Source: an uncultured Gammaproteobacteria bacterium (GTDB taxonomy: Bacteria > Patescibacteriota > Patescibacteriia > Magasanikbacterales > GWA2-37-8). From it: DNA of 64,000 nucleotides. Under the pieces are notes generated by a model. The model saw nothing but the letters and a program-made list of their open reading frames with translations, was not told the origin of the DNA and ran no database searches. The translations under genes were made by a program, and so were the position numbers. This document shows positions 1-8,663 of the stretch, piece by piece. Every line of letters begins with the position of its first letter. The first letter of the stretch is position 1. Location of the stretch: the NCBI GenBank assembly GCA_964478235.1, contig CAYZGX010000003.1, forward strand, positions 5,914-69,913, read 5' to 3'.

Positions 1-36
1 AAATATCGGGTTTTACTCCATTTCCTACGATTTTTA

Positions 37-1311
37 GTGTATAGTAAGCGGTTTTTCTGGTGGTTAGGAGCCAGATTTTCTTTTGTTTTTGGCCGTTTTT
101 TCTTCAAAATTGCTGGATTACTCGCCCTCCTTAAGTACAAAATTCAGTCTTTTTTTAAAAAAGTGGGCCTTCCCCACCAATGGCTCGTGAAGCGCGGCTT
201 TCTCCAAGCCGCTATTTTTGCTGTTTTGGGCGTCCTTAGTATTCCAGAATCAAAACTTTTAGCTAATCATAACCTGGCCTTTACTGGTCAAAAAACCCCA
301 GCCTACGTACTTCTTGGGGCTGATCAAGATATGGAAATTGAACAAGTAACCTCAGACGCGGTTGTCTACAGACAAGACGTTCCTTCGTGGAAAAGCGCGA
401 CACTAGATAGTCGTTTTATGGGGACGTCCGCCACTGTTCAGCCAATGACCACTGAATTAAGTGCGATTGTTGCGGGTGGTACAACATTATCTAAACCAAT
501 GATTTTACCAGGCACCACTTTAAATGATGTTCGTTTGAGTGAAGAAAACTATATTGTAGAAGCTGGCGACTCGATTAGTGTTATTGCTGAGTCATTTGGC
601 GTGAGTGTTGCTACTATTTTGTGGGAAAACAATTTAACCTCTCGCTCCTATATTAAACCAGGTGATGTACTACGTATTCCGCCAGTGACCGGAGTGATGC
701 ATTCGGTGAAAAAGGGTGATACTTTGAAAAAAATTGCCCTTACCTATGGGGCTGACGCTGAAAAAATTATTGCCTTCAATCATTTAAAAGAAGATGGTAG
801 TAATTTAACCGTAGGCGATCGTTTAATGATTCCTGATGGTGAGCGACAAGCCTCTGTCAGTGTGCCAAGAGTGCAACCAAAGAGCCCAGTGGTATCTCGC
901 GTGGCTACTCCACCATCTTCGCAGTCATCACCATCAGCTTCGGGCTTTGTTTGGCCATCTGGCGCCCGCACCATTACACAATACTACGGTATCAGACACC
1001 ACGCTCTCGATATTGCTGGTCCGTGGCAAACAGCGACGTATGCAGCCAAGGCCGGTACGGTTGAAAAGTCGCAATGTGGCTGGAACTCTGGTTATGGTTG
1101 TCAGATTATCATTGATCACGGCGGTGGTCTCAAGACGCTGTACGCGCATCATTCAAAATTACTCGTTTCAGTTGGTGATTATGTAGAAACCGGCCAGACC
1201 ATTGGTCTTATGGGTAATAGTGGTAATGTGCGCGGTGTTACGGGTATTCATTTACACTTTGAAGTTATCCGCAATGGTGTACGGGTTAACCCGCTCCAGT
1301 ACGTTCGTTAA
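37..1311 (+). CDS. LysM-domain M23 family metallopeptidase (membrane-anchored)
   Basis: N-terminal hydrophobic segment. Two LysM-like segments (GDSISVIAESFGVSVATILWENN; VKKGDTLKKIALTYGADAEKIIAFN). C-terminal M23 signature (HxxxD-like core, NSGNVRGVTGIHLHFEV). Start is GTG at 37. Confidence 0.8.
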   Translation: MYSKRFFWWLGARFSFVFGRFFFKIAGLLALLKYKIQSFFKKVGLPHQWLVKRGFLQAAIFAVLGVLSIPESKLLANHNLAFTGQKTPAYVLLGADQDMEIEQVTSDAVVYRQDVPSWKSATLDSRFMGTSATVQPMTTELSAIVAGGTTLSKPMILPGTTLNDVRLSEENYIVEAGDSISVIAESFGVSVATILWENNLTSRSYIKPGDVLRIPPVTGVMHSVKKGDTLKKIALTYGADAEKIIAFNHLKEDGSNLTVGDRLMIPDGERQASVSVPRVQPKSPVVSRVATPPSSQSSPSASGFVWPSGARTITQYYGIRHHALDIAGPWQTATYAAKAGTVEKSQCGWNSGYGCQIIIDHGGGLKTLYAHHSKLLVSVGDYVETGQTIGLMGNSGNVRGVTGIHLHFEVIRNGVRVNPLQYVR

Positions 1312-1361
1312 GACTTGAAAAGTTGTTTGAATGGTGATATACTATGGGTCACTATTCCAAT

Positions 1362-1433
1362 GGCCCAGTAGCCAAGTAGAAAGGCAGGAGTCTGCAAAAC
1401 TCTTATGCGCGGGTGCGATTCCCGCCTGGGCCT
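1362..1433 (+). tRNA. tRNA-Cys (anticodon GCA)
   Basis: Cloverleaf read by eye. Acceptor stem GGCCCAG/CTGGGCC (7 bp perfect). Anticodon stem GGAGT/ACTCT with loop CTGCAAA. T-arm GCGGG-TGCGATT-CCCGC. CCA not encoded. Confidence 0.85.
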
Positions 1434-1434
1434 C

Positions 1435-1470
1435 AATAACAAAACACCCCTAAAGGGGTGTTTTGTTATT
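1435..1470 (+). terminator. Perfect 16-bp stem hairpin immediately after tRNA-Cys
   Basis: AATAACAAAACACCCC-TAAA-GGGGTGTTTTGTTATT. Intrinsic terminator-like; U-rich within the stem. Confidence 0.55.
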
Positions 1471-1483
1471 GAGATTTATGACG

Positions 1484-1628
1484 AGGGAATCACACCGGGA
1501 GATGGTAAGAGGGCGATATAGCCCTCTTACCTGCTGAGGGTGACCGAACCCGCCTCTTGGCGGGGAGGACAAGAGGGGCGGAAGCCCCTATTGAGAGGAG
1601 TCCGCAGGACGACGAGTGCGATTCCCTG
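1484..1628 (+). ncRNA. Unclassified structured GC-rich RNA candidate (three perfect hairpins enclosed by a long-range helix)
   Basis: Long-range pairing GGGAATC (1485-1491) with GATTCCC (1620-1626). Hairpins GGTAAGAGGGC-gatata-GCCCTCTTACC (1504-1531), CCCGCC-tctt-GGCGGG (1549-1564) and AGGGGC-GGAA-GCCCCT (1574-1589). Locally GC-rich against AT-rich flanks. No ORF. Strand and class unknown. Confidence 0.3.
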
Positions 1629-1722
1629 TTTTTGCAGGCCGAAGGCCGAGCAGTGCGATCCCAATTCTTTGATTTCTATTTGACCAGGTAAGAAAGAGGA
1701 AAAGAATCGCCTCGTTCTATTA

Positions 1723-4473
1723 TTGCCCTCTATGCAAGAGGGTGCTACAATAAACTCGGTATTTTTTTTGGCTTATCTTACCTATTTTTACTCTGTGTCT
1801 CGATCAAAATTACTTATTATTGATGGTAATGCCATCATCCATCGCGCCTATCACGCTATTCCCCCACTCACTCGCAAAGATGGTGTGATGGTGAATGCTG
1901 TTTACGGCTTTGTCTCCATGCTCTTTAAAGCCATGAATGACCTCAAGCCGACCCATGTAGCCGTTACCTTCGATGTGAAGGGTGGTAGTAAGGCTCGCTT
2001 AGAAAAATTTGCTGACTACAAAGGTACTCGGGTTAAAGCTGATCAAGCGCTCTACGACCAGATTCCTTTGGCGCATGAAGTAATGGAAGGCTTAGGCCTA
2101 CCAATTTTTGAGCAAGCTGGATTTGAGGCTGATGACGTTATTGGCACAATTGCTAAACAGGTAGAAAAAAAAGATGACATCGACGTCTATATTATGACCG
2201 GTGATATGGATACACTCCAGCTGGTTGATGACACAATAAAGGTTTACACACTTCGCAAAGGCTTAAGTGATATTATTATTTACGACACAGCTGAAGTACA
2301 CAAGCGTTATGGTTTTGGTCCAGAGCGAGTAGTTGATTATAAAGCCATTCGCGGTGACGAATCTGATAACATTCCAGGTGTACCAGGTATTGGTGAAAAA
2401 GGCGCCACTGATTTGATTCAAAAAGTTGGTAGCTTAGAAGATATTTACAAAAAAATTGATCAGCTCAAAGAGTTGGGAATTAAAGATGGTGTTATTAAAA
2501 AGTTGGCAGCAGGCAAAGAGAGTGCTTTCATGAGTAAAGAATTAGCGACGATTGATTGTCACGTACCTGATCTCAATTTTTCATTAGCCAAAACACACAT
2601 CAAACCCTTTGATCGAGAAAGTATTGTTACTCTATTTAGCCGATTTGAATTTACTAGCCTGCTAAAGCGTTTGCCGGAAACTGCTGGGTTTGTTGCTGAG
2701 CCAGAAAAAAAATCTTCCAAGCGTGCTGCACATAAAGATTTAGTTTTTACCGAGGTAAAAAATAAAAAAGACGTTGCTGAAATTAAAGATCTTATTAAAA
2801 ACGAAGGTAGTTTTACAGCCCGAGCGGTGGTATCCGGAGATCTTTTTTCAGGGCAGATTGCTCATTTGGTGGTAGTAATTCAGCATCACGCTTTTGCACT
2901 TAGTTCTGAGGCAATTACCGCCTTTTTGCCGGTGTTTAGCGAAGAAAAATACACATTGATTGGGCATGATCTAAAGCAGCTCGTCAAAGCAGTGGAACAA
3001 ATTGGTAAAACTACAGTCAAAAATAAGTTATTTGACTGCATGATTGCGAGCTATCTATTGAATCCTGGCAATCGCTCTAACGATCCGGCTAGCATTATTC
3101 TCAAAGTCGTTGGTAAAGAATTACCAGCAGGCAGTGGCCAAGAAAGTTTGTTTGGTATTGATGTTCGCGTGGTCGCCCATGAATTATATTTGCTAGCACA
3201 AGCATCTTTTGAGCTTAAAAAAGATTTAACCGCTGTAGAAAATATCGGTTTGTTTGAAACACTCGAAATGCCACTCGTGAAGACGTTGTCGGCGATGGAG
3301 TTAGCTGGTGTGGCTGTAGACACCGCCATGCTCGCCACTATCTCTAAAAACGTGGCAACACAGGTGGCAAAATGTACAAAAACAATTTATGAAGAAGCTG
3401 GTGAAGAGTTTAATATTGCTTCCCCACTGCAACTTCGTGAAGTGTTGTTTGATCGTATGGCCATTCCAACCTTTGGTATTAAAAAAGGTAAGACTGGGCT
3501 CTCCACTTCAGCTGACGAGCTCGAAAAATTACGCGGACAGCATCCGATTATTGACTCTATTCTAGAATTTCGCGAACTCACCAAATTACAAAATACCTAT
3601 ATTGATGTTTTGCCAACCTTGATCAATAAAACCACCGGCCGTATCCACTCCACCTTTAATCAGGCAGTGGCAGCGACTGGTCGGCTATCTAGCTCTGATC
3701 CAAATTTACAAAATATTCCGATTCGCACCGCTCTTGGTAAAGAAATTCGTAACACCTTTATTGCGGAAAAAGGTTATTCACTGATTAGCGCCGATTATTC
3801 GCAAATTGAACTTCGTATTGTGGCTTCGCTCGCTAAAGATGCCAAAATGATGGCTATTTTTGAGAAAGATGAAGACATTCACCAAGCCACTGCGGCCGCC
3901 ATTCACGGTGTTCCGCTCAGTGAAGTAACCAAAGATATGCGTCGTTCAGCCAAAGAAGTAAACTTCGGGGTGCTCTATGGCATGGGGGCGCACGGCTTGT
4001 CATGGAGAGCGCAGATTCCACACGCTCAGGCACAAGCTTTTATTACCAAGTACTTCGAAGAGTTTAGTGGAGTGCGTCAGTACATGGATTCCACCCTCGC
4101 CTTTACCAAAAAAGAAGGCTACTGTGAAACATTATTCGGCCGTCGTCGCTATATTCCAGAGCTCAACTCATCTAATTATCAATTACGTGGTTCGGCAGAG
4201 CGTATGGCCATCAATCATCCAGTGCAAGGGACAGCGGCTGATCTGATGAAGATGGCGATGAACAAGGTGTATCAGGAAATGAGTCAAAAATACTCAACTG
4301 ATGAGGTAAAAGTTACCCTGCAAGTGCACGACGAATTGGTATTGGAAGTCAAAGAAGCCTTAGTCGACGAAGTTATGGCAAAAGTGAAAAAAACAATGGA
4401 GGAAGTAGTCACACTTCGTGTGCCAGTGAAAGTAGAAATTGGTGCAGGTAAGCGTTGGGGCGAAATTAAATAA
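1723..4473 (+). CDS. polA: DNA polymerase I (5'-3' exonuclease + Klenow polymerase domains)
   Basis: N-terminal KLLIIDGNAIIHRAYHA 5'-nuclease motif. C-terminal pol A family motifs (RRSAKEVNFGVLYG, QVHDELVLE). 916 aa. Start may be TTG 1723, ATG 1732 or GTG ~1794. Confidence 0.95.
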   Translation: MPSMQEGATINSVFFLAYLTYFYSVSRSKLLIIDGNAIIHRAYHAIPPLTRKDGVMVNAVYGFVSMLFKAMNDLKPTHVAVTFDVKGGSKARLEKFADYKGTRVKADQALYDQIPLAHEVMEGLGLPIFEQAGFEADDVIGTIAKQVEKKDDIDVYIMTGDMDTLQLVDDTIKVYTLRKGLSDIIIYDTAEVHKRYGFGPERVVDYKAIRGDESDNIPGVPGIGEKGATDLIQKVGSLEDIYKKIDQLKELGIKDGVIKKLAAGKESAFMSKELATIDCHVPDLNFSLAKTHIKPFDRESIVTLFSRFEFTSLLKRLPETAGFVAEPEKKSSKRAAHKDLVFTEVKNKKDVAEIKDLIKNEGSFTARAVVSGDLFSGQIAHLVVVIQHHAFALSSEAITAFLPVFSEEKYTLIGHDLKQLVKAVEQIGKTTVKNKLFDCMIASYLLNPGNRSNDPASIILKVVGKELPAGSGQESLFGIDVRVVAHELYLLAQASFELKKDLTAVENIGLFETLEMPLVKTLSAMELAGVAVDTAMLATISKNVATQVAKCTKTIYEEAGEEFNIASPLQLREVLFDRMAIPTFGIKKGKTGLSTSADELEKLRGQHPIIDSILEFRELTKLQNTYIDVLPTLINKTTGRIHSTFNQAVAATGRLSSSDPNLQNIPIRTALGKEIRNTFIAEKGYSLISADYSQIELRIVASLAKDAKMMAIFEKDEDIHQATAAAIHGVPLSEVTKDMRRSAKEVNFGVLYGMGAHGLSWRAQIPHAQAQAFITKYFEEFSGVRQYMDSTLAFTKKEGYCETLFGRRRYIPELNSSNYQLRGSAERMAINHPVQGTAADLMKMAMNKVYQEMSQKYSTDEVKVTLQVHDELVLEVKEALVDEVMAKVKKTMEEVVTLRVPVKVEIGAGKRWGEIK

Positions 4474-4481
4474 AAAGTAAT

Positions 4482-4513
4482 AAAAAAATAAGGCTTAGTA
4501 GCCTTATTTTTTT
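4482..4513. terminator. Bidirectional intrinsic terminator between polA and the convergent gene
   Basis: AAGGCT-TAGT-AGCCTT hairpin flanked by an A-run upstream and a T-run downstream. Confidence 0.6.
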
Positions 4514-4932
4514 GTTGTTTCCAAAGGTTCGTCGCCTTCAATAGCTGCCAGGCGAGCTTCGGGATCAAAGCCGAGCAACTTATCGCGGCGGATTTTTTCT
4601 GGGTCTTCCACCAAGAGTTCGCTATTGAGCGAGAGTGATTCATCGCCTTCAATATCTCGCAGGTTTTCTTCAGCTATTTCATCATCAAGCGCCTGCTCGT
4701 AAAAAACACTTTGTTCAGTTCGGGGGCGAGGTGTCGGTCTTTTTTCAATTTTAAAAGAAGTAGTGACCTCATCGTGTGGCAAAGCGTGCACCACTTGATT
4801 GGTAAGTTTGGTTAATTCACGCGACTCACCAGTAAACTGTTCGACATTTTCCGGGGCAACAGGTAGGCCGGTCTCTTTGTCGATAAGTGTTGTTTTTGGA
4901 AGGTCAAAACCCTCTGGTTTTTTTGGTGACAT
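4504..4932 (-). CDS. Hypothetical acidic protein (142 aa)
   Basis: ORF co-oriented with and immediately downstream of the TPP-enzyme gene (1-nt gap). No recognisable domain. Confidence 0.4.
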   Translation of the reverse strand: MSPKKPEGFDLPKTTLIDKETGLPVAPENVEQFTGESRELTKLTNQVVHALPHDEVTTSFKIEKRPTPRPRTEQSVFYEQALDDEIAEENLRDIEGDESLSLNSELLVEDPEKIRRDKLLGFDPEARLAAIEGDEPLETTKK

Positions 4933-4933
4933 A

Positions 4934-6565
4934 TTATAATCCCTTTAGTTCCTCATTAAAAACAGTGATATTTTCTGAATAATCAATTGGGCAATCAATA
5001 ATTGTTGGTCGACCACTGGCAAAGGCTGTAGCTAGTTTAGTTTTGAGGTCGTCAGCTGAGGTGACGCGAAGCCCGAGCGCCCCATAACTCTCGGCATATT
5101 TTACAAAGTCAGGGTTAGCAAGGCTCATACCAAACGACGGTAGCCCCATATTCTTTTGTTTCCAATCAATAAAGCCGTAGGCATTGTCATTCACAACCAA
5201 GACCACGACGGGAATATTTTCTTTCACACAAGTGATGAGCTCTTGTGAATTCATCATAAAACCACCATCACCACACACTGCTAGCACTTTTTTGTCGGGG
5301 TTAAGGAGCTTGGCTGTCATAGCGCTTGGCAGGCCAGCGCCCATAGTAGCCAAGGTATTATCTAACAAAAGCGTGTTTGGCGCAAAAGTGCGATACTGAC
5401 GAGCGAACCAGAGCTTGTAGATACCGTTATCAAGCGTGACAATATCTTCACGACCCATACTTGAGCGAACGTCAGAGACAATCCGCTGTGGAATAAGTGG
5501 AAACGCTCCACTGTCGGCTTTTTGAGCATGTTTTTGCACTAACAGTTCGCGCAGCATAGCAAACGGTGCAGTATCAAAGGTGATGCCGCGCAGTTTTTCT
5601 TGGAGCGCCCACAGGGTATGTGAAATATCCCCTACTACTTGGAAAACTGGTAAGTAGAATTCATCGGGTTTGACCGGCCCAAAATCAATATGCAGAATTT
5701 TTTTATCTTTATTTTTATTCCAGACGTAGGGCGGGTGTTCGTTGGTGCTGTAGCCAACGGTGATAATTAAATCACTATCATCAATTGCTTTGTTAATATA
5801 ATCGCGACGATGCATGCCGAGCGAAAAAAGTGATTGTGGATCATCATCAGGCAAGACACCCTTACCAAGCTGGGTGCCAATGACAAATAAGCCAGTCTGA
5901 TGAACTAAAGCACGCAGTTGGTTGGTCACCAGTTTGCGATTACCACCGCTCGAGACAATAATAATCGGACGCTGTGCTTGCGAAATAATGTCAGCAGCTT
6001 GGCGAATGGCTTTTTCATCAGCCACTGGGCGACGGTTGGGTAATGTTTCTATATCGTGGGTTTCTTCAAACTCGGTGCCAGCAATATCTTCGGGGATTTC
6101 AATGTGTACTGCCCCCGGTCGCTCTTCGGAAGCGATAGTGATGGCGTTGTGAGCGGCTTTGCTCATAGATCGAGGGGTCGGGACGCTCTCTGTCCATTTA
6201 GTAATCGGGCGCATGACCCCAACAATATCGACAATCTGAAATTGCGCCTGCCAATTTTCAAGCAAAGCTTTCTGGCCAGTAATAGCAATAAGTGGCATGC
6301 CACCAAGCTGGGCATAAGCCACGCCAGTTACCAGATTGAGCGCTCCGGGGCCAAGGGTGGCGAGACAAACACCTGGTTTGCCGGTGAGGCGGCCATAGGT
6401 CGCGGCCATAAAAGCTGCCGACTGCTCATGGCGAGTGACAATAAGTTTTATTTTTGATTTGCGTAGCGCCTCTAAGAAATCTAAATTTTCTTCACCGGGC
6501 AAAGCAAAACAATATTCAATCCCCTTTTGTTCTAAAATCTTTACGAAAATATCCGAAGTTGTCAT
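4934..6565 (-). CDS. Thiamine-pyrophosphate enzyme of the acetolactate synthase / 2-ketoacid decarboxylase family
   Basis: N-terminal TPP pyrimidine-binding region (CFALPGEENLDFLEAL...GPGALNLVTGVAYAQLGGMPLIAITGQ). C-terminal TPP motif GDGGFMMNSQEL...NDNAYG. 543 aa. Confidence 0.85.
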   Translation of the reverse strand: MTTSDIFVKILEQKGIEYCFALPGEENLDFLEALRKSKIKLIVTRHEQSAAFMAATYGRLTGKPGVCLATLGPGALNLVTGVAYAQLGGMPLIAITGQKALLENWQAQFQIVDIVGVMRPITKWTESVPTPRSMSKAAHNAITIASEERPGAVHIEIPEDIAGTEFEETHDIETLPNRRPVADEKAIRQAADIISQAQRPIIIVSSGGNRKLVTNQLRALVHQTGLFVIGTQLGKGVLPDDDPQSLFSLGMHRRDYINKAIDDSDLIITVGYSTNEHPPYVWNKNKDKKILHIDFGPVKPDEFYLPVFQVVGDISHTLWALQEKLRGITFDTAPFAMLRELLVQKHAQKADSGAFPLIPQRIVSDVRSSMGREDIVTLDNGIYKLWFARQYRTFAPNTLLLDNTLATMGAGLPSAMTAKLLNPDKKVLAVCGDGGFMMNSQELITCVKENIPVVVLVVNDNAYGFIDWKQKNMGLPSFGMSLANPDFVKYAESYGALGLRVTSADDLKTKLATAFASGRPTIIDCPIDYSENITVFNEELKGL

Positions 6566-6570
6566 ACACT

Positions 6571-8001
6571 TTAAAAATCTTTATTCACCACCAACACTTT
6601 AAGCTCGGTCATGTCTTCTATCGCATAGCGCACGCCTTCGCGGCCAAGCCCAGAATCTTTCACTCCACCATAAGGCATGTGGTCAGCTCGATAACTTGAA
6701 GCGTTATTTATCACCACACCACCAACCTCTAAATGCTCAAAGGCATAATAGATTTCTTCAGCGGTATTGGTGAAAATGCCACACTGAAGACCAAAAGTTG
6801 AAGTATTTACTTTGGCGACAGCATCTTTGAAGTCGGTGTACGATTCTACCACTACAATTGGCGCAAAGGCTTCTTCGGCGCACACCTGCATATCGCTCGT
6901 GGTGCCAGTGAGAATGGTTGGGCTGTAGCCAGTTCTAGCCACTCGCTGACCGCCATAGATAATTTTAGCTCCCTCAGAGAGTGCATCTTTGACCCAAGCA
7001 TCGATACGATCGGTGTTGGCGACATCAATCATGCTTGAGAACATCGTACCTTCAGTTAGCGGATCGTCATAGACAAATTTTTTAGCCTCTTCAACGAGAC
7101 CGGCCAAGAAAACATCTTTTATTTTTTCATGGACATAGATACGCTGCGTGTGGACACAGCTCTGCCCACTCTGCCCAAAGGCAGCCGTGCCAATTTTTTT
7201 AAATACCTTTGCTAAATTAGCTGTTGGGGTGATGATTACAGCAGCATTACCACCAAGCTCAAGTACTACTTTTTTCTTGCCAGCGCGGGCTTTCATCGCC
7301 CAGCCAACATGAGGCGATCCGGTGAAGGTGAGAAGTTTAAAACGATCATCAGTGACAAGCTGGTCACCCACTTCACGATCCATCGGAAGAATGGAAACGG
7401 CCCCTTTTGGTAATGTAGTTTCGGCGATTAATTCAGCGAGGAGGAGGGCGGATAATGGTGTTTTGGAAGCAGGTTTTAGAATGATTGGACAACCAACAGC
7501 AATCGCTGGGGCAAGCTTATGAGCCACTAAATTGAGTGGAAAATTAAAAGGGGCAATAGCCGAGACGAGGCCAACGGGAAAGCGGCGTACAGTCGCTTCA
7601 TGGTTGGCGCTACTTGGAGCTCTATCTAGTGCCAACCATTCGCCGTTTATGCGTTTTGCTTCTTCGGCTCCGTCGGTAAAGGTTTGAATAGCTCGGTCTA
7701 CCTCTAAGCGACCAAAAAAGAGTGGTTTGCCAGCTTCAATCGCCATGATTTCAGCAAACTCTTCTTTGCGAGCAGATAATCCACGAGCAATATGGAGTAA
7801 AGCTTCAGCTCGAATATGCACCGGGAGGGCGCGAAGCTCAGCTTCAATCGCTTGTGCCGCGAGAATAGCCTGTTCAAGCTGATCTTTGGTTGCTAAAAAG
7901 CTTTCAGCCTCAACCTGGTTGGTGTAGGGGCTAATAATTGGTAGTGGTGTCGGAGTTTCTACAAAATTTCCAGCCAGAAAAATAGGATAAGAGGCTTTCA
8001 T
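6571..8001 (-). CDS. NAD(P)-dependent aldehyde dehydrogenase family protein
   Basis: ALDH motifs LELGGNAAVII (ELGGK-like), catalytic Cys region GQSCVHTQRIYV, and EEAFAPIV. 476 aa. Confidence 0.9.
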   Translation of the reverse strand: MKASYPIFLAGNFVETPTPLPIISPYTNQVEAESFLATKDQLEQAILAAQAIEAELRALPVHIRAEALLHIARGLSARKEEFAEIMAIEAGKPLFFGRLEVDRAIQTFTDGAEEAKRINGEWLALDRAPSSANHEATVRRFPVGLVSAIAPFNFPLNLVAHKLAPAIAVGCPIILKPASKTPLSALLLAELIAETTLPKGAVSILPMDREVGDQLVTDDRFKLLTFTGSPHVGWAMKARAGKKKVVLELGGNAAVIITPTANLAKVFKKIGTAAFGQSGQSCVHTQRIYVHEKIKDVFLAGLVEEAKKFVYDDPLTEGTMFSSMIDVANTDRIDAWVKDALSEGAKIIYGGQRVARTGYSPTILTGTTSDMQVCAEEAFAPIVVVESYTDFKDAVAKVNTSTFGLQCGIFTNTAEEIYYAFEHLEVGGVVINNASSYRADHMPYGGVKDSGLGREGVRYAIEDMTELKVLVVNKDF

Positions 8002-8084
8002 ACGGATAAGGTAAAAGTAAAGAGAGTGTAAAGCCTATCTTAGCCCCTCGCCGAGCCTTTGTCTAGCACACTGCCTAAACAAAA

Positions 8085-8109
8085 AACCGATCGCCTGAAG
8101 CGACCGGTT
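8085..8109 (-). terminator. Intrinsic terminator downstream of the DoxX gene (minus strand)
   Basis: AACCGATCGC-ctgaa-GCGACCGGTT hairpin followed on the minus strand by a T-run. Confidence 0.5.
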
Positions 8110-8125
8110 TGAACTAAGAGATAGT

Positions 8126-8617
8126 TTATTTCTTTTCACAACCACCACAACCGCCACTGCCACAGCAATCATCTTTTTTTGCTTCTTCTGAAACAGCTTT
8201 ACAGCGTTTACAGCAACATTCACAGTCGAGTACGCGCCAAGCGCCAGCTCCACCAGTAGCGATAGAGAGAAGGCCTCCAAGAGCTAAGACAGGAACAAAT
8301 AAACCAGTCAAAGGTCCTTTGAGGTGAGCGATAAAGATGGCTACAAGCATGATAATTGCCAAGACACCAGCTGCATAGCGAGCAAAGAGGCCGAGAGCGA
8401 CCATAATACCGCCAGCTAATTCAAGACCGCCGATGAGGTAGGCCCAGAGTTCACCGCCACCAGGAAGACCCATGCTGCCAAACATGCCAGCAGTCATCGC
8501 ATGTCCAGCGGTGAGCTTCATCCAGCCAGCGTAGATAAATACAAAAGCCAAAGCTAAACGAAGAGCTAAGAGGCCAGCAGCCTTTACTCGGCCACTGTTA
8601 CATCCTTCTTTACACAT
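8126..8617 (-). CDS. DoxX-family membrane protein with metallothionein-like Cys-rich C-terminal tail
   Basis: DoxX-like TM core (LALRLALAFVFIYAGWMKL...). Tail CECCCKRCKAV...DDCCGSGGCGGCEKK has 11 Cys in ~36 aa. Confidence 0.8.
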   Translation of the reverse strand: MCKEGCNSGRVKAAGLLALRLALAFVFIYAGWMKLTAGHAMTAGMFGSMGLPGGGELWAYLIGGLELAGGIMVALGLFARYAAGVLAIIMLVAIFIAHLKGPLTGLFVPVLALGGLLSIATGGAGAWRVLDCECCCKRCKAVSEEAKKDDCCGSGGCGGCEKK

Positions 8618-8663
8618 AGTGTAGTAATTTATAGTTAATTAAAGGGCGAGCGTTACAAACTCG

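Noticed and set aside
780-1186. ORFs 780-974(-), 836-1186(+) and 934-1152(-) inside the LysM/M23 peptidase gene
   Set aside because: They are nested in alternative frames of a gene with clear LysM and M23 motifs, and have no independent signals.
8035-8280. 81-aa minus-strand ORF overlapping the 3' end of the DoxX gene
   Set aside because: It is in a different frame, overlapping the DoxX tail and its terminator, and has no coding signal.
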